From positions 72,728,001 through 72,792,000 of the forward strand of contig NW_024704742.1 of assembly GCF_018977255.1 (NCBI RefSeq): DNA of 64,000 bases, given 5' to 3'. The translations under genes were made by a program, and so were the position numbers. The stretch is from Callorhinchus milii (taxonomy: Eukaryota). The notes under the pieces are model-generated. The model did not search any database. It saw nothing but the letters and a program-made list of their open reading frames with translations, and was not told the DNA's origin. Below are positions 37,514-49,856 of this stretch, one piece after another (within the stretch, counting starts at the first letter, position 1; every line of letters starts with the position of its first letter).

Positions 37514-40500
37514 AGTGCTTGTATCAGTGAACGTGTTACTCTCGAATCATTAAAGTTGAATTTTAGTCATTTACCCTCAGATGAAGAGAGTAATATGCCT
37601 TTCCTGATATAATCCATTTATTAATCATATTAGATCTAATCAAGCCTGAGCACATTGACATTACAGTCTGATATACTCTGAATTCAACAACATTGATCAA
37701 AATTAATCGTTTGGATTTAGATGATAACAAAATAGTTTATGTATGGATTTTGAAGCAATTTTCCCAATACAATTAACTATTTATTATTCAGTCATATAAG
37801 CCCCAGGTTAAGCACATAGTCAGTATTTCACACAAAAATGTCATTGAATCACATTAAAAGAAACACAGTTAAGAATTTTTAACAAGTAAAAATTGCCTGG
37901 CCAGTTGCCTAAAAACTAAATCCAGGTTGTGCATTGGTCTTAGAAAGAACATAAACCATAAGAAAGCATGAAATAAGAGAAGGCCATTCAAGCGCACTGC
38001 TTTCAAAGATCTACACCATATGGACCATGCCCCACCCACTCTCTTCTGGGAGAAAATTATTGCAAAGGTGCTTCCTGATCCCCCTTTATCCTGCAGAACC
38101 GGGACATAATACAAACAAACAACTCAAAGATCTGTGTATATCTTTACAGTTTCGCTTCAACCTGTGCAGCCACTGGATATAATTCATGCTATCCTATGAT
38201 AATCTCTATATGGATGTGAAAATTGTTTAAATGCTCTGGCAGGACTTTAGCAGATTGACATCAACCAAATGGAACAACACCCACTACATTTCATCAACAT
38301 TAGTGCACTTGCATCTTTGATGATTGCTGAAAGAGGTTAGGGGAAAGTTTTTTAACACAAAGGGTTAGAATGTGAAATGCCCTAGAAAATGTTCCTTTAC
38401 ACACAGAGCATAATCAACAACTGGAACAGGTTTTCAGAAGGGTGATAGAGGGCGGGCTGCTAGATTCATTCAAGGAACAACTCTAATGGGAAGACAGGAG
38501 AGTATCTGGAAAGGATGAGATCAACCGGGTAATAAAAGGACCTGTTTACCTGAAGCTTTATAGTGTTCGCGTGATAACACATTAGTCTTTAGAAGGGAAG
38601 GAGACCTCTTCTGAATTGCCACATGATCTGAAGTTTATTAAAGAGATTCCTATGCTTTATCGATGTCCTCACATGGTTTGTTCATTCTTCCATCAATCCT
38701 CAGGTGAGAGGCGAACAAGCACTGTGTGTGGGATTCCTACTCCAGGGAGATTGTGCAGGGGAAGAGTGGGCTGTCGACAAGCACTCGGCAATCTGGCTGG
38801 AACTCACACAGTGTCAGTGAAGTGAGAGCTCTACACAAAATGTCAGCTACTGAGGTGTCACTGATCAGCCATTCGAAAGCAATAAAAAAACATATGGGAA
38901 TGAGGGAGGACTGAGAATTGTGCAGATCTCTGTCTTTCTGGCATTTAAGACAAAGTGACAATTCAGTGGAGTGCATTTCCCTCCTTTAAACGGCAAAAGC
39001 ATTTTTCAATCAATGATTTACCTAATACTGTATTGTACTAATGTGTTCTAAAATGTTATACATCCTGGTTCCCCATTTCTCCTCACCCTTCCCCACTCAC
39101 AGGTTTTTGAAAAAAAACTTCTAAAATGTAGATCAGAGAGTCATGAGTCATTTGCTCAGGGGGCACAGAGTCTGGACGCTGTTGGTTCATGTGTGGTATT
39201 TATTGGTGTTTATTATAAGCTCGTTCCTCAAAATCATATTTATTTGACCATTTTTAACAGAAGAGAATGATTTTCAGGATCTGATAATACAGTGCTACTA
39301 TGTCACTATTGTTCTGATTCAGTTGTTTTTGTTTAGGTTTTGTGACCAGCAGTTAAGGTGAAGATGGAAAAAAATTATTTCTCCTTTCGTGAATTTTCTT
39401 GGTTTACGAGTGAAGTTGTCACACTCCAGGACTCTTGCCAACCTGCGTCTAATACTCTTCAGAATTAGGTAAGGAGGATCCTTCCCTCCAGGTAGAGAGT
39501 ACACATTCCATTCCAACAATCTCAGCTTGGTTTGGATACTCCTAAGCATGGTGATGGGTTTCCACATGTGACCAAAATAATGCAGCACGGGCCACACTGA
39601 CAATGCTTCACACTACCATACTGTCCCATTCAAAATACAACTCAAAACTAATATACTCTTAGCCACTTGTGCAAGAATAATGTGTGAATCTAATTACAAT
39701 GTTCAGACTAACAAAATATGCACCAAAAAACACTGAAACCCCAAATGTTGAAACCAGGCTCTGTTAACTGCCCAATTATTTAGGATCTCAGACCATTTCT
39801 TTCTCCTGAAATTTGTTAACCCAAAGCCAGTTCTGAAATAAACGATTTGGGTTCTGTTCATAATGACAAACTGAGTCTTGTTTCGGCACTTATAAATAGC
39901 CCAAATTGTTCCATTTCAAATTAGCTGCAGGTCAACTTGTTGCTACTTTTTCCAAGCCTGTAGCAGTAAACTCACCAGCTTGTCAAATATTCTCACACTA
40001 TCTGAAGATGATATGCATTTCACAACATAACACTATGTACCACATCCACAGTGTTCTACTCACATATTGTGCTCTCATACAGACACAGTAACATTGGTGT
40101 GCTTTAAGAGGCAATAATGAAGTTTGAGTTGCCGTATTTGTAAAATATTTCTGGATATTCAAAAAAAAGAACGGAGTTTCTTCCAGGATCCTGGCCAACA
40201 ATACCCCAGATAACCCAGATAAAGTAGAGCATTCACTTAATGGCGGTTTGTGCATCGTTACTATGTGAAAATTAGTTGCTGCATTTGCCTACAAAATACA
40301 GTCACTACACTTTACAGTAAAATCCTGTGAAGCATTTTGAGAGGTATCACCAATGTGACAAGGCTCTATATCAAATCAAGGATGATGATTATTATTATAA
40401 TTATTATAAAGCCTTCCATAGTAGTTTCGCACAGTAATAGTTTTTATTTTTACACTTCTTGGTTATTCTAATCATTGATGGTAACTGGTGGCGCACTGGC

Positions 40501-40859
40501 TATAGCGTTTCGCACTTCAGTTAAGTGGTTAGTTCAGCCACAAATTTCAAGCCAGATCGCAATCTATTATTACTCACAGTTACCCAGCAGAAGTCCAACT
40601 TCTTAGGTGGTCACAGTCTTAAACTAAATTGTTTTTCTTTTCCCTTTTAAACATCAAACAGCTTTTAGCTGAGAACAATGTTCACTTACGGTAAGAAGCC
40701 AAGTAAGTGCAAGAACTCTTACTGAAGCAAATATTTGTGCTCTTTGTTCTACAATAGACAGGAAAAAGCAGAGTTTAATACAACTCAAATACTCACTAAC
40801 TCAGCACCTTACACTATATTGTGCTTTAGAGAATGCAGCTATTGGCCTGTAATTATAGA

Positions 40860-40925
40860 TCAGGAAATGCGAGTTATACAAATTTTTACAAATAAACAGA
40901 ACCTGCTGAGACCAACTTCCTCTTT
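40860..40925. promoter_or_regulatory. Putative B-cell promoter elements: Ets motif CAGGAAAT (40861) and PU.1/Spi-B box AAAGAGGAAGT (minus, 40915-40925)
   Basis: ACTTCCTCTTT at 40915-40925 is the reverse complement of the PU-box consensus. It lies just upstream of the candidate first exon of a B-cell adaptor gene. Confidence 0.45.
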
Positions 40926-41009
40926 ATACTGTGCTTTAAGCTGCCAGAGGATATCATACTTAGCTCTTCTGCAGAAAAGCAAGTGTTGCTTTCGAAGAGG
41001 CACTATAAC

Positions 41010-41022
41010 ATGAAGCGTTCAG
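41010..41022 (+). CDS. BANK1: Candidate first coding exon of BANK1 (MKRS + 1 nt)
   Basis: aacATGAAGCGTTCAG|gtaggt: A at -3, good donor, phase 1 matching the TIR exon acceptor. Lies in non-repeat DNA about 85 bp downstream of a PU.1-like motif. Inferred, no transcript evidence. Confidence 0.5.
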
Positions 41023-42378
41023 GTAGGTCTATAATCTTTAGATTTGTTGGGTTAGTGAATGTTGTTCCAATTTGTTTTCATATTTTCTCTGACTGTTTAC
41101 CCTCAATAATGGGCATTATTAGTGTATCTCAGACCAATGCAACACTCAGGGGAAATTAATTCTTATTTTTATTGAATGTGCTTATCGGTTTGATTTCAGA
41201 TCAGTCCAGCATTATTTGCTGCTACAGATTTTATCAACAGGATAAATGCATTTCTGTGTAAAATGAAGCCCAAGGGACTCCATAAGAAATGGTTAGGTGT
41301 ACTTATAATAAAACACAATTTAATTTATTGTACTTCTACGAACAAAGATAATGTAACATTGTAGTTCTGAGGGTAAATTTCACTCTGTGAACCAAGATAG
41401 AAAACCAAAATATTCATTGATGATACACAGGAATGTCAACAATCTCTTTATGTTACATTGCATAATTTTGATCATTATTTGTGATGGAATTGTGAAGTCA
41501 GTCCGTTACTCGCATTCTTGTTGAGGCAGACTTCAGAAATTGCCACATCCAACAATTAGTGTTGGAAGTGGCAAGACACCGTATTACATGTCATGTACAT
41601 TATAAACCAGGGCAATGATTTTTTGGAAGATACCAAAGTTCCAGGAAAGAACATGGAATTGGGATGAGAGTAAATACAATATACATTTATATAGGGCCTA
41701 TAACATTTAGGAGGATTTTCAAAGTGCTGACTGGGCACCTGAGCTGTGCATCCTGTTTACCTAATTCAGGAGAGTATTAAATGCAGATTGGCGAGAGCGA
41801 AGGCTTGGGGATCCCAGAGTGTGTGTTAAGGTGTAGCCAGAGTTTGTTCACTACAGGCTTTGAAGGCAATATATATGGTATATATAATATGTTATATTGC
41901 TACTATGCCTTTATTTAAAACATGAATATATCTGTATATTCCCTCCCCCGGCTCAGCGTAAAGCTTTGCCACTGTTAAGAGTTCCGAGGAGCTACCCCAT
42001 GTGAAGGGCGCTATAAAATGCAGACCATTGGAACCAGACTTAACTCTTGATGGGCTGGAAGACCTGCTTTTGTGCACCAACTTCTATGATTCTAAAACAG
42101 CTAAATGCTTAAAATCTATCCCAAACAAGGCTGTTGCTTTGCTGGAAGTCAGTTTTGTCAGTGACAGAAGCTTTCCTGCAATGTTGGGTTATTTTGGTGG
42201 AGTTTGTTATGGAGCTGAAATTGACTTCCAATTGAATGTGAAGCCTTGCTCTCTGCTTTCAAAAACACCTCCTGCCGTGTTACCACAGGTCAGATTACAC
42301 ACTAGAATTTATTCCTTATTTCTTTAAGTTTATCTACATTTCAAATTAGCTGCCTTATCATCTCATTGCTGTTTATGG

Positions 42379-42705
42379 TGGGGTCCTGTGGCGTATTGGT
42401 TAGAACATTCGCCTCGCAATCGAGAGAACCTGGGTTTGATTCCTTAGGCAAGTTTTCTTACTCCACAGGTTTCTGCTTACCTCGCGGTAAGTGGGAACAC
42501 TGCAGTTAGTCGCTTGGCGGATCGCTTTTCCGGAGGCAATGATCTTAAAAAAAATTTGGTCACTCAATCCATAACTATTTGTTGGACACTGCTGTGTGCA
42601 ATTGGTTACTCATTTTGTCCACAAAATACACAGTCAATTCACTTTAGAGTATATCCTGTGAAACGCTTTGAGATGTCTCAAAGACGTGATAAGGTGCTAC
42701 ATCAA
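42379..42705 (+). mobile_element. tRNA-headed SINE, long variant
   Basis: Head GTCCTGTGGCGTATTGGTTAG...GGTTTGATTCC; shared core and L2-like tail. Confidence 0.85.
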
Positions 42706-42707
42706 AA

Positions 42708-43092
42708 AATAATAATAATAGTAATAATCCTTGCATTTGATATAGCAGTTTTCATATCTTCTAGACGTCTCAAAGCGCTTCACAGAATATACTGTAAAGT
42801 GAATTGACTGCATGCTTTGTGGGCTAAATGCAGCAGTCAATTGTGCACAGCAGTGTCCCTAAACAGTTGTGGATTGAGTGACCAAATTATTATTATTATT
42901 ATTTTTATTTTTTTTGTAGGGATTATTACCCCCAGAAAAACGATCTGCCTATCGACTAACAACTAGGTTCCTACTTCCTGCTAGGTAAACAGAGGCGTGT
43001 GGAGTAAGGAAACTTGCCTAAGGTTTCACCCAACCCAGGAATCGAACCTGGGTCCTCTCACTTGCGAGGCGAGCGTGCTAACCAATATGCCT
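42708..43092 (-). mobile_element. tRNA-headed SINE, long variant, tail-to-tail with the preceding copy
   Basis: Reverse-complement homology to 42379-42705. Confidence 0.88.
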
Positions 43093-43179
43093 CATAAGCA
43101 CATTAAACAACCTTCATGTTTGTCCCCATTTACTTTATGCTAAACGCAAATAATTACACTTTATTTTTCATTAAAGAAG

Positions 43180-43578
43180 ATCACAGCACAGACCTACTGA
43201 TTCTGCATGAAGAAGAGGCCGAGGAGTGGGGAAGATACCTTGTGCAGATTTTCTCAGAGCATTTCAATCAGAACAGTCTCCACTGTTATAAAATAACAAA
43301 TGCTAAGGAGCTGAAGAGTGCTGCACCACAGCTAGCCAGTTACAAATGTAAATTACTTATACTGACCAATGGTTTACTGACTGGATTGACTACATCAATG
43401 AGAATCCACCTCGGCAAGATTTTTCAGCCTCCTGACAATGTGGTAATCCTGCGGTGTGGTGTGGTGAGCTCAGACAAACTATATGAGCTGATATGTGCAG
43501 AGAGAGGGTACTGTGAGATCTCCAGTGAGCAGGATCCTCAGGAGTACTTGGCTGCTGTCACCAGCATTATCAAACCAG
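43180..43578 (+). CDS. BANK1: BANK1 coding exon encoding the N-terminal TIR-like domain (equivalent to human exon 2)
   Basis: Translation DHSTDLLILHEEEAEEWGRYLVQIF...SYKCKLLILTNGLL...VVILRCGVVSSDKLYELI...EISSEQDPQEYLAAVTSIIKP matches the BANK1 N-terminal motifs as I recall them (EEDAEEWALYL, SYKCKLLILS, LLCGVKSSDQLYELL, WEISTEQEPEDY). Pyrimidine tract plus AAG/AAG acceptor (alternative start 43177) and CCAG|gtaaag donor. Phase 1-1, 399 nt. Confidence 0.92.
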
Positions 43579-43677
43579 GTAAAGTCACAACCTCAACTGT
43601 ATTACCTTCATAGTAGTGATACATCCATACACCACATTCGCAATTGGATTAGTAAAACTGCTCATATTAAGTTTACT

Positions 43678-43950
43678 GTCAGCCTGGCTCAGTTCATAGC
43701 ACTCTCGCCTCTGAGTCAGGAGGATGTGGGTTCAACCCCACATTGGGACTTTAAGTTCATAGTCCAGACTGACACACCAATGCAGTGCTGGGGGTGTGTG
43801 GCATTGCAGATGTACTGTCCTTCAGATGAGACGTGAAACTGAAGTTCTATTTGCCTGTTCAGTTAGATGTTAAAGATCAGATGATACGATTCGTAAAGCA
43901 AAGGGAATTTTTCCCAGTGTACTCAACAATCTTCAAGGTAAAAATTGATC
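43678..43950 (+). mobile_element. Deu-domain SINE 100 bp downstream of the BANK1 TIR exon
   Basis: Same head and central domain as the 56115 copy. Confidence 0.75.
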
Positions 43951-44948
43951 AATGACAACTTGCATTTATATCACGCCCCTCACGCAGGGTAGCGTCTCAG
44001 AGTTGTCAAGTCATTCAAGTTGGCAAGCATAGTAACCTCTGAAAGGGATATCATATCTGGAGAAACATTAGAGGATCAAACTGACAAAAATACATCCCAG
44101 ACTCTATCATATGGCAATTTTTAAAAATAGCAATCTTTTTATTGCATGTTTATAATGGGAAATGCCATACACGAAAAGTACTATTTTCAGTGATCTATGT
44201 ATGCTGGACCTCTATTTGATTGGGCTAACTTCCAAAGCATCTGAATCAAGACACATAACCTTGGCAGCACTGCTTAATGTCACATGACTGCTTTACACCA
44301 CCATTCAGCTTGCAAGAGGAACTCTGTTTCTTGTCTTTATGGAAATCATAAACAATTTACAGCACAAAGAAAGCCATTCAGCCCTTTTGCATCTGTGCTG
44401 GTGTGAGCTCCCACATAGGAGCTATCTGCTCTCTTCCCATTTCCCATTCCCGTTTGGTATATTTTTGCTAATGTATTCATTCAATTCCCTTTTAAATTCT
44501 GTAATGGACTTATCTTCAATAGCCATCTATGGTATAATATTGTGAATTAACAACTGACTATACAAAAAAAATTCTCAATTCCCTTCTCAATTCCACTCCA
44601 CTACCCGCTGCCTTCACTAAGCTAACTCGGGTCTTTTGCATATCTCTTGTTTTCTCCTCTTTCCACATTGTCAAACCACATTGCTGTTTAAGCGCTCTGA
44701 GGTGCTACTCGAGCGAAGAGCACAATATTAATGCAGGTTGTTGTGGAAATTGTTATTCTTTTCTTCTGGTTATTTCTCAATTTAGTCACTAATGATAATT
44801 ATGATAATAATTATTGATTTAACATCTCACATGAACGATGGCACCTCCAACAATACAACACTCTCCAGCACTACATTGGAGTGTCAATGAGCTCAAAATC
44901 CTGACATAGGAATTGAAAATTAGTCATTCACTTCATAACTGTGTGTGG

Positions 44949-45598
44949 GACATTGTTAAGCATGAATTGGCTGCTGTGCTACAAATACACAATCACTGGT
45001 CTTTGCAATAAATTCTGTGAAATGTTTTGAGATATTTAGATGATGTCATAAGGCACTACATCAAATGCAAGCTCATTGATGATAAATGCGCCCAGGGAGC
45101 CCAGTGGATGAATAGAGACTCTGTACATAGACCCCTTCCTGTCAGTCTGTCACAATGGTTAGCACGCTACCAGGCCATACTGTCGCTGGCCTGTGGATCG
45201 AAACATTGAAACATTGCCAGTTCACCAGATTGTATCTTAAATCTGATTATCACCTCACAGGACTTGGTTCGGCAGTTTAATCCCCTCACTCCATAGCCAA
45301 ATAACTTACATTCCTCAATGTCTAAGCCCTCGACTGCCTTACCAAATCCTGTCCATACATTCACATACATACAGAAGTCATTAATTGACATATCACAGGT
45401 AACAATTTTCATCTGTATTGTTGGTAACTTCAGATTCTGTATTTACTCAGCTGTAGAGCTATTAGCTATTTGTCAGACATTGTTCAGTATGAATTGGCTG
45501 CTGTGTTACAAATACACAATCACTGGTCTTTACAATAAATTCTGTGAAACACTTTGAGATATTTAGATGATGTGATAAGGCACTACATCAAATGCAAG
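44949..45598. repeat. 123-bp direct repeats (44949-45071, 45476-45598) of one SINE 3' half
   Basis: The two copies share private variants (CAATCACTGGTCTTT, GAGATATTTAGATGATG) absent from the other SINE copies in the window. Confidence 0.8.
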
Positions 45599-46507
45599 GA
45601 GCATTCTTATTATTAAAGTATACATAAAAATAAGGTCGAACATGGATAGAGACAGGAAGATCTGAATTCACTCACATTTCTGGTTATAACAATGTTCATA
45701 AGTGTTCAGATGTTTCATGGTTCAGATGAAAAAGACTTTATATTCTCTTACTGTTATTATGCTTCTTACCATACAGATCTCACCATATATCAGTGACACA
45801 CTGACAGATTCACATTGGCAGTACATACCAGGACTCTCAGGCAAAATAAAACCAATGAACAAAATTGAAGCAGAATATCTGAAACAAAAGTTGGGTGAAG
45901 TCAATCCGCTTGCCCTCTATTGTTATGTTTTATCTTAAGGTCCAGTGCAGAGCTCTAAATAACTTGTTTTTTGTTCCCAAGATTAATATGCATGCTGTAA
46001 ACATCTTAGATTATTACATTGTGATTATTGTTACCAGTAATTCTACTTTTCAATTGTATTCAGTGATGTGTCATTGAGTACAGGATTAACTCCACTGTGG
46101 TTTGGGCTGAATAATTCATCAGAGCCACATATGGAGGCAAATTGTGTAAATCCAATTCAGGTGAGGAATACATTTTCCTTTTTCAGCCAACTTTTCTCCT
46201 CCACTGGAGGCAACAATTTCCTTTTCCTGTTCCTGCGTTACTGTAGGTTATTATATTTGGTACTTTGCCCAAATGGGCAGCATGTATGTGTGAGCCTTGA
46301 CAGTGAAAGTTGGTAGGTTATTCAGCTGTGATGGGTGGTTGGGTGTCTGGGGAGGGGAGGAAGGCAAATCCTAACCAAACATCTATACACATGTATCCTC
46401 TGGCAAGGGGTGGGGAGCATGTTGGGATGTTTAGATAGCGATCGGGAAAGGAAGCTCCAGCAGCAGCTCTGCAATCTATTGTAGAACCAAAGGTTTTTGT
46501 TGTCATC

Positions 46508-46845
46508 AATAGCAATAATCTGTGCATTTGATATAATAATAACAATCCTTGCATTTGATATAGCGCTTTTCACGTCTTCTAGATGTCTCAAAACGCTTCA
46601 CAGAATAGACTGTAAAGTGAATTGACTGTATATTTGTGGGCAAAATGCGGCAGCGAATTGCGCACAGCAATGTACCACAAGCAGTCGTGGATTGAAATGA
46701 CCAATTTATTATTATTTTTTTTGAGGGATTATTATCAGGCGTGTGGAGTAAGAAAACTTGCCCAAGGTTTCGTCCTGCCCGGACTCGAACCCAAGTCTCT
46801 CGCTTGCAAAGCGAGTGCTCTAACCACTGAGCTACAGGACTCCAC
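46508..46845 (-). mobile_element. tRNA-headed SINE, short variant, with duplicated tail end
   Basis: Full head; the TGCATTTGATATA tail segment occurs twice. Confidence 0.9.
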
Positions 46846-47747
46846 ATATATAGTTCCTTTTATATCAGGAGGAAGAAAGGCAAGAAAGTTAAATAAGCTT
46901 GTTCTTAAATTAATATATGGAGTTTATAGAGCTAACACTTTCTTATAATTGGACATAGCAAATTACTAGGAAATATTTTTTCCTGTAGTTTTAGGCAAAT
47001 CAGATGTAATTGAGTGAATCGAGGCTAATGGTTCCCTTGTGTGATTAAAAGACAGTTTGTAATCAAAGAGCTCTGACAGCAACAGAAAAATGTGAAAGAA
47101 AAGGTTGGTTGATCCTAAAGTTAGATTGCTGCCTTGAAATCACTCGTACATATGCTGTATATATGCGGTAATATACCATCTATAGTTCATCTACAATATT
47201 CACAGTCACTTCACTTTACAGTAAATCATGTGAATTTGGCTGCTAAGAAACATTGGACAGGTAAGGGATTTTCTCTCTTTGGAGATGAGATGATTGAAAT
47301 CGGACTGTTGCATACATACATGTACATATATATATATATTGAAGAGGAGAATGTTGAATTTGATCATCTGGGGATGGGGAGTCAGAGAATCTAGGCAAGC
47401 ATGGGGGTGATAAGCTCATAAAGTTTAGTGTGGGAGAGGACACAAGCTGCAGATTTCTGAATAATCTGCAGCTTGTGGAAGGGAAGAGTTGGGTAATCTG
47501 GCAAGGAGGGAATTAGAGTAGTAAAGCCTGGAATTAATGAATGCCGCTTGATGGTGAGTCCAAAACAAGGTGGAATAAATGTAAGTTAATCAAGAATGGA
47601 TCTCAAAGAGAATTTAGGAGGAAATTCTTTGCGCAGAGAGTGGTGGGAGCTCACTACGAGAATCTGTGGTTGAACGGAAAGTATCAATGTGTTTAAGAAG
47701 AAATTTCTATCCTCCTTGGCCAGATGGGGGGTGGGTTAAGCGGGGGT

Positions 47748-49523
47748 GGGAGCTGAACTGGCTCCAAGGTGACATGCCTGGGAACAGAATGTCGGAATCA
47801 AGCCAGCCTTGGTCTCAGTAGTCCAGTTCCTGAGCCAGGCAGCTCCGCAGTATTCCAGGGCACTGCTGATGATAGCTCAGCCCAGCCTGGCTCATCAGCA
47901 GAACCTGGAAGGGTAGACCAGTCACTGGGGGCACGGAGTCATCTCACTCCGCTCCTGTTAACCCTGCAAGCCAAAACCCTAATGGGTAGGGTGGTCGTAG
48001 CTGGACAAGCAGTGAGAAGGCTTGACAGACAGCAATATCAAGCTATGCAGTTTTATCTGGTTAGACTTCAGCACTTACCCCAAAGCACACTCTGGGGTCC
48101 CCAAGCCTTGGCTCTTGCCAGCCTGTGCTTGTCCTCCCACCTCAACCTTCAAGGCACTGTCCTTGAATGGTTTAGCTCTTACCTTTCCCACCGTCTTCAC
48201 TTCGTCTCAACGAATGGCTTCTCCTCCACCCCCCGTACTGTCTCATGTGGTGTCCCTCAGGGCTCTGTCCTCGGTCCCCTCCTCTTCACCCTCTATATGC
48301 TCCCCCTTGGTGACATCATCCGCAAACATGGGGTTAACTTCCACATGTATGCGGATGACACCCAACTCTACCTTTCCTCCTCTACTCTCAACTCCACGAC
48401 CACCGATGTCCTGACAGCCTGCTTGTCCGACATCGAGTCCTGGACGAGAGACAACTTTCTTCAGCTCAACGTGCGAAAAACCGAGGCCCTCCTGATTGGC
48501 TCACGTCAGCGCCTCCGCACCTCAGGCGCTGACACCATCAGCATCCAAGGCTGCACTCTCCACCTCTCAAAGCCAGTCAGGAACCTCGGCGTTTTGTTCG
48601 ACCCTGAGCTGTCCTTTCTCCCTCACATCCGCACCACAACTGGCACCGCCTTCCATCACCTCCGGAATATCGCCAGATTACGGCACTACCTCACCCCTCA
48701 CGCCGCTGAAACCCTGGTTCACGCCTTTGTCACCTCAAGGCTGGACTATGGGAACTCTCTCCTCGCCGGCCTTCCCGGCACCTCCCTCCACAAGCTGCAG
48801 GTCATTCAGAACTCTGCAGCTCGTGTACTGTCCCGCACCAGGCTTCGGGACCACATCACTCCCACCCTCGCTCGCCTCCACTGGCTCCCCATCCCCCAGA
48901 GGATCGAATTCAAGATCCTCATCCTCACCTACAAGGCCATTCACGGCCTTGCTCCCTCCTACCTCTCCAACCTACTATCCCCCTACCTACCTGCCCGTAC
49001 CCTCCGTTCCTCTGGCTCCGGTCTGCGCCACGTCCCCCGCCCAACCGCCCTACTATCGGTGGTCGGGCCTTCAGCCTCTCAGCCCCCAGGCTCTGGAACT
49101 CCATCCCCCAGTGCCTTCGCCGCTTCCTCCCTTTCCTCCTTCAAGGCCGGTCTCAAAACCTTTCTCTTTGACCGTGCCTTCAGCTCCCCTCTCGACTCTC
49201 TTCCTCCTCCTCGCTCCCTCCCTTCCCTCCCCTCACCCTGACCATTTCCCCCCTCCTCTCTCCTCCCTTCCCTCCCCTCACCCTGACCATTTCCCCCCTG
49301 CTCGGGTCATGACCCAACTGTGCAGCGCCTTGGGACGTCCTCCTGACGTGAAAGGCGCTCTATAAATGGAATCTTGTTGTTGTTGTTGTTGTTGTTAATA
49401 CTTTCTGCAATTAGGTAAGCAGGATGGATCCCTCCAGGGAAATAAGGGACATTCGATTCCAACAATCTATCTCTAGGATTTCCAGCTGTGGCTGGGATGC
49501 ATAGAATTCTCAGTTTGGTTTGG
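47748..49523 (+). mobile_element. Hairpin-rich element copy split by the L2 at 48129-49395
   Basis: The left part ends ...CCAGCCTGTGC and the right part resumes TAATACT...AATTAGG. These are contiguous in other copies (12590, 39437). Confidence 0.8.
48129..49395 (+). mobile_element. Young 5'-truncated L2 LINE, very similar to the 30143-33560 copy
   Basis: RT frame open through [21 protein letters not shown] and LHWLP; long (TTG)n tail; inserted inside another element. Confidence 0.95.
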
Positions 49524-49539
49524 GGGTCAGCCAGGTGCC

Positions 49540-49856
49540 TAATAATAATAATAATCCTTGCATTTAATATAGCGCTTTTCACGTTGGGAGGACGTCCCAA
49601 AGCGCTTCACAGAATATACTGTAAAGTGAATTGACTGTATATTTGTGGGTGAACGCGGCAGCCAATTGCGCACAGCAATGTCCCACAAACAGTCGTAGAT
49701 TGAAAATGACCAATTTATTATTGTTTTGTTTTTTGGAGGGATTATTATCAGGCGTGTGGAGTAAGGAAACTTGCCCAAGGTTTCGCCCTGCCTGGAATTG
49801 AACTCAGGTCTCTCACTTGCAAAGCGAGTGCTCTAACCACTGAGCTACAGGACTCT
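49540..49856 (-). mobile_element. tRNA-headed SINE, short variant
   Basis: Near-identical to 11984-12302; nested in another element. Confidence 0.9.

Noticed and set aside
38640..38940. Possible Harbinger Myb/SANT remnant
   Set aside because: No motif could be aligned convincingly by eye.
47863..47905. Hammerhead ribozyme (CTGATGA core) in the hairpin-rich element
   Set aside because: No correctly placed GAAA or stem II; the CTGATGA is instead paired with the downstream TCATCAG.
47769..49241. 490-aa ORF as a host gene
   Set aside because: It starts at GTG and is a fusion of a repeat fragment with a truncated L2 RT.
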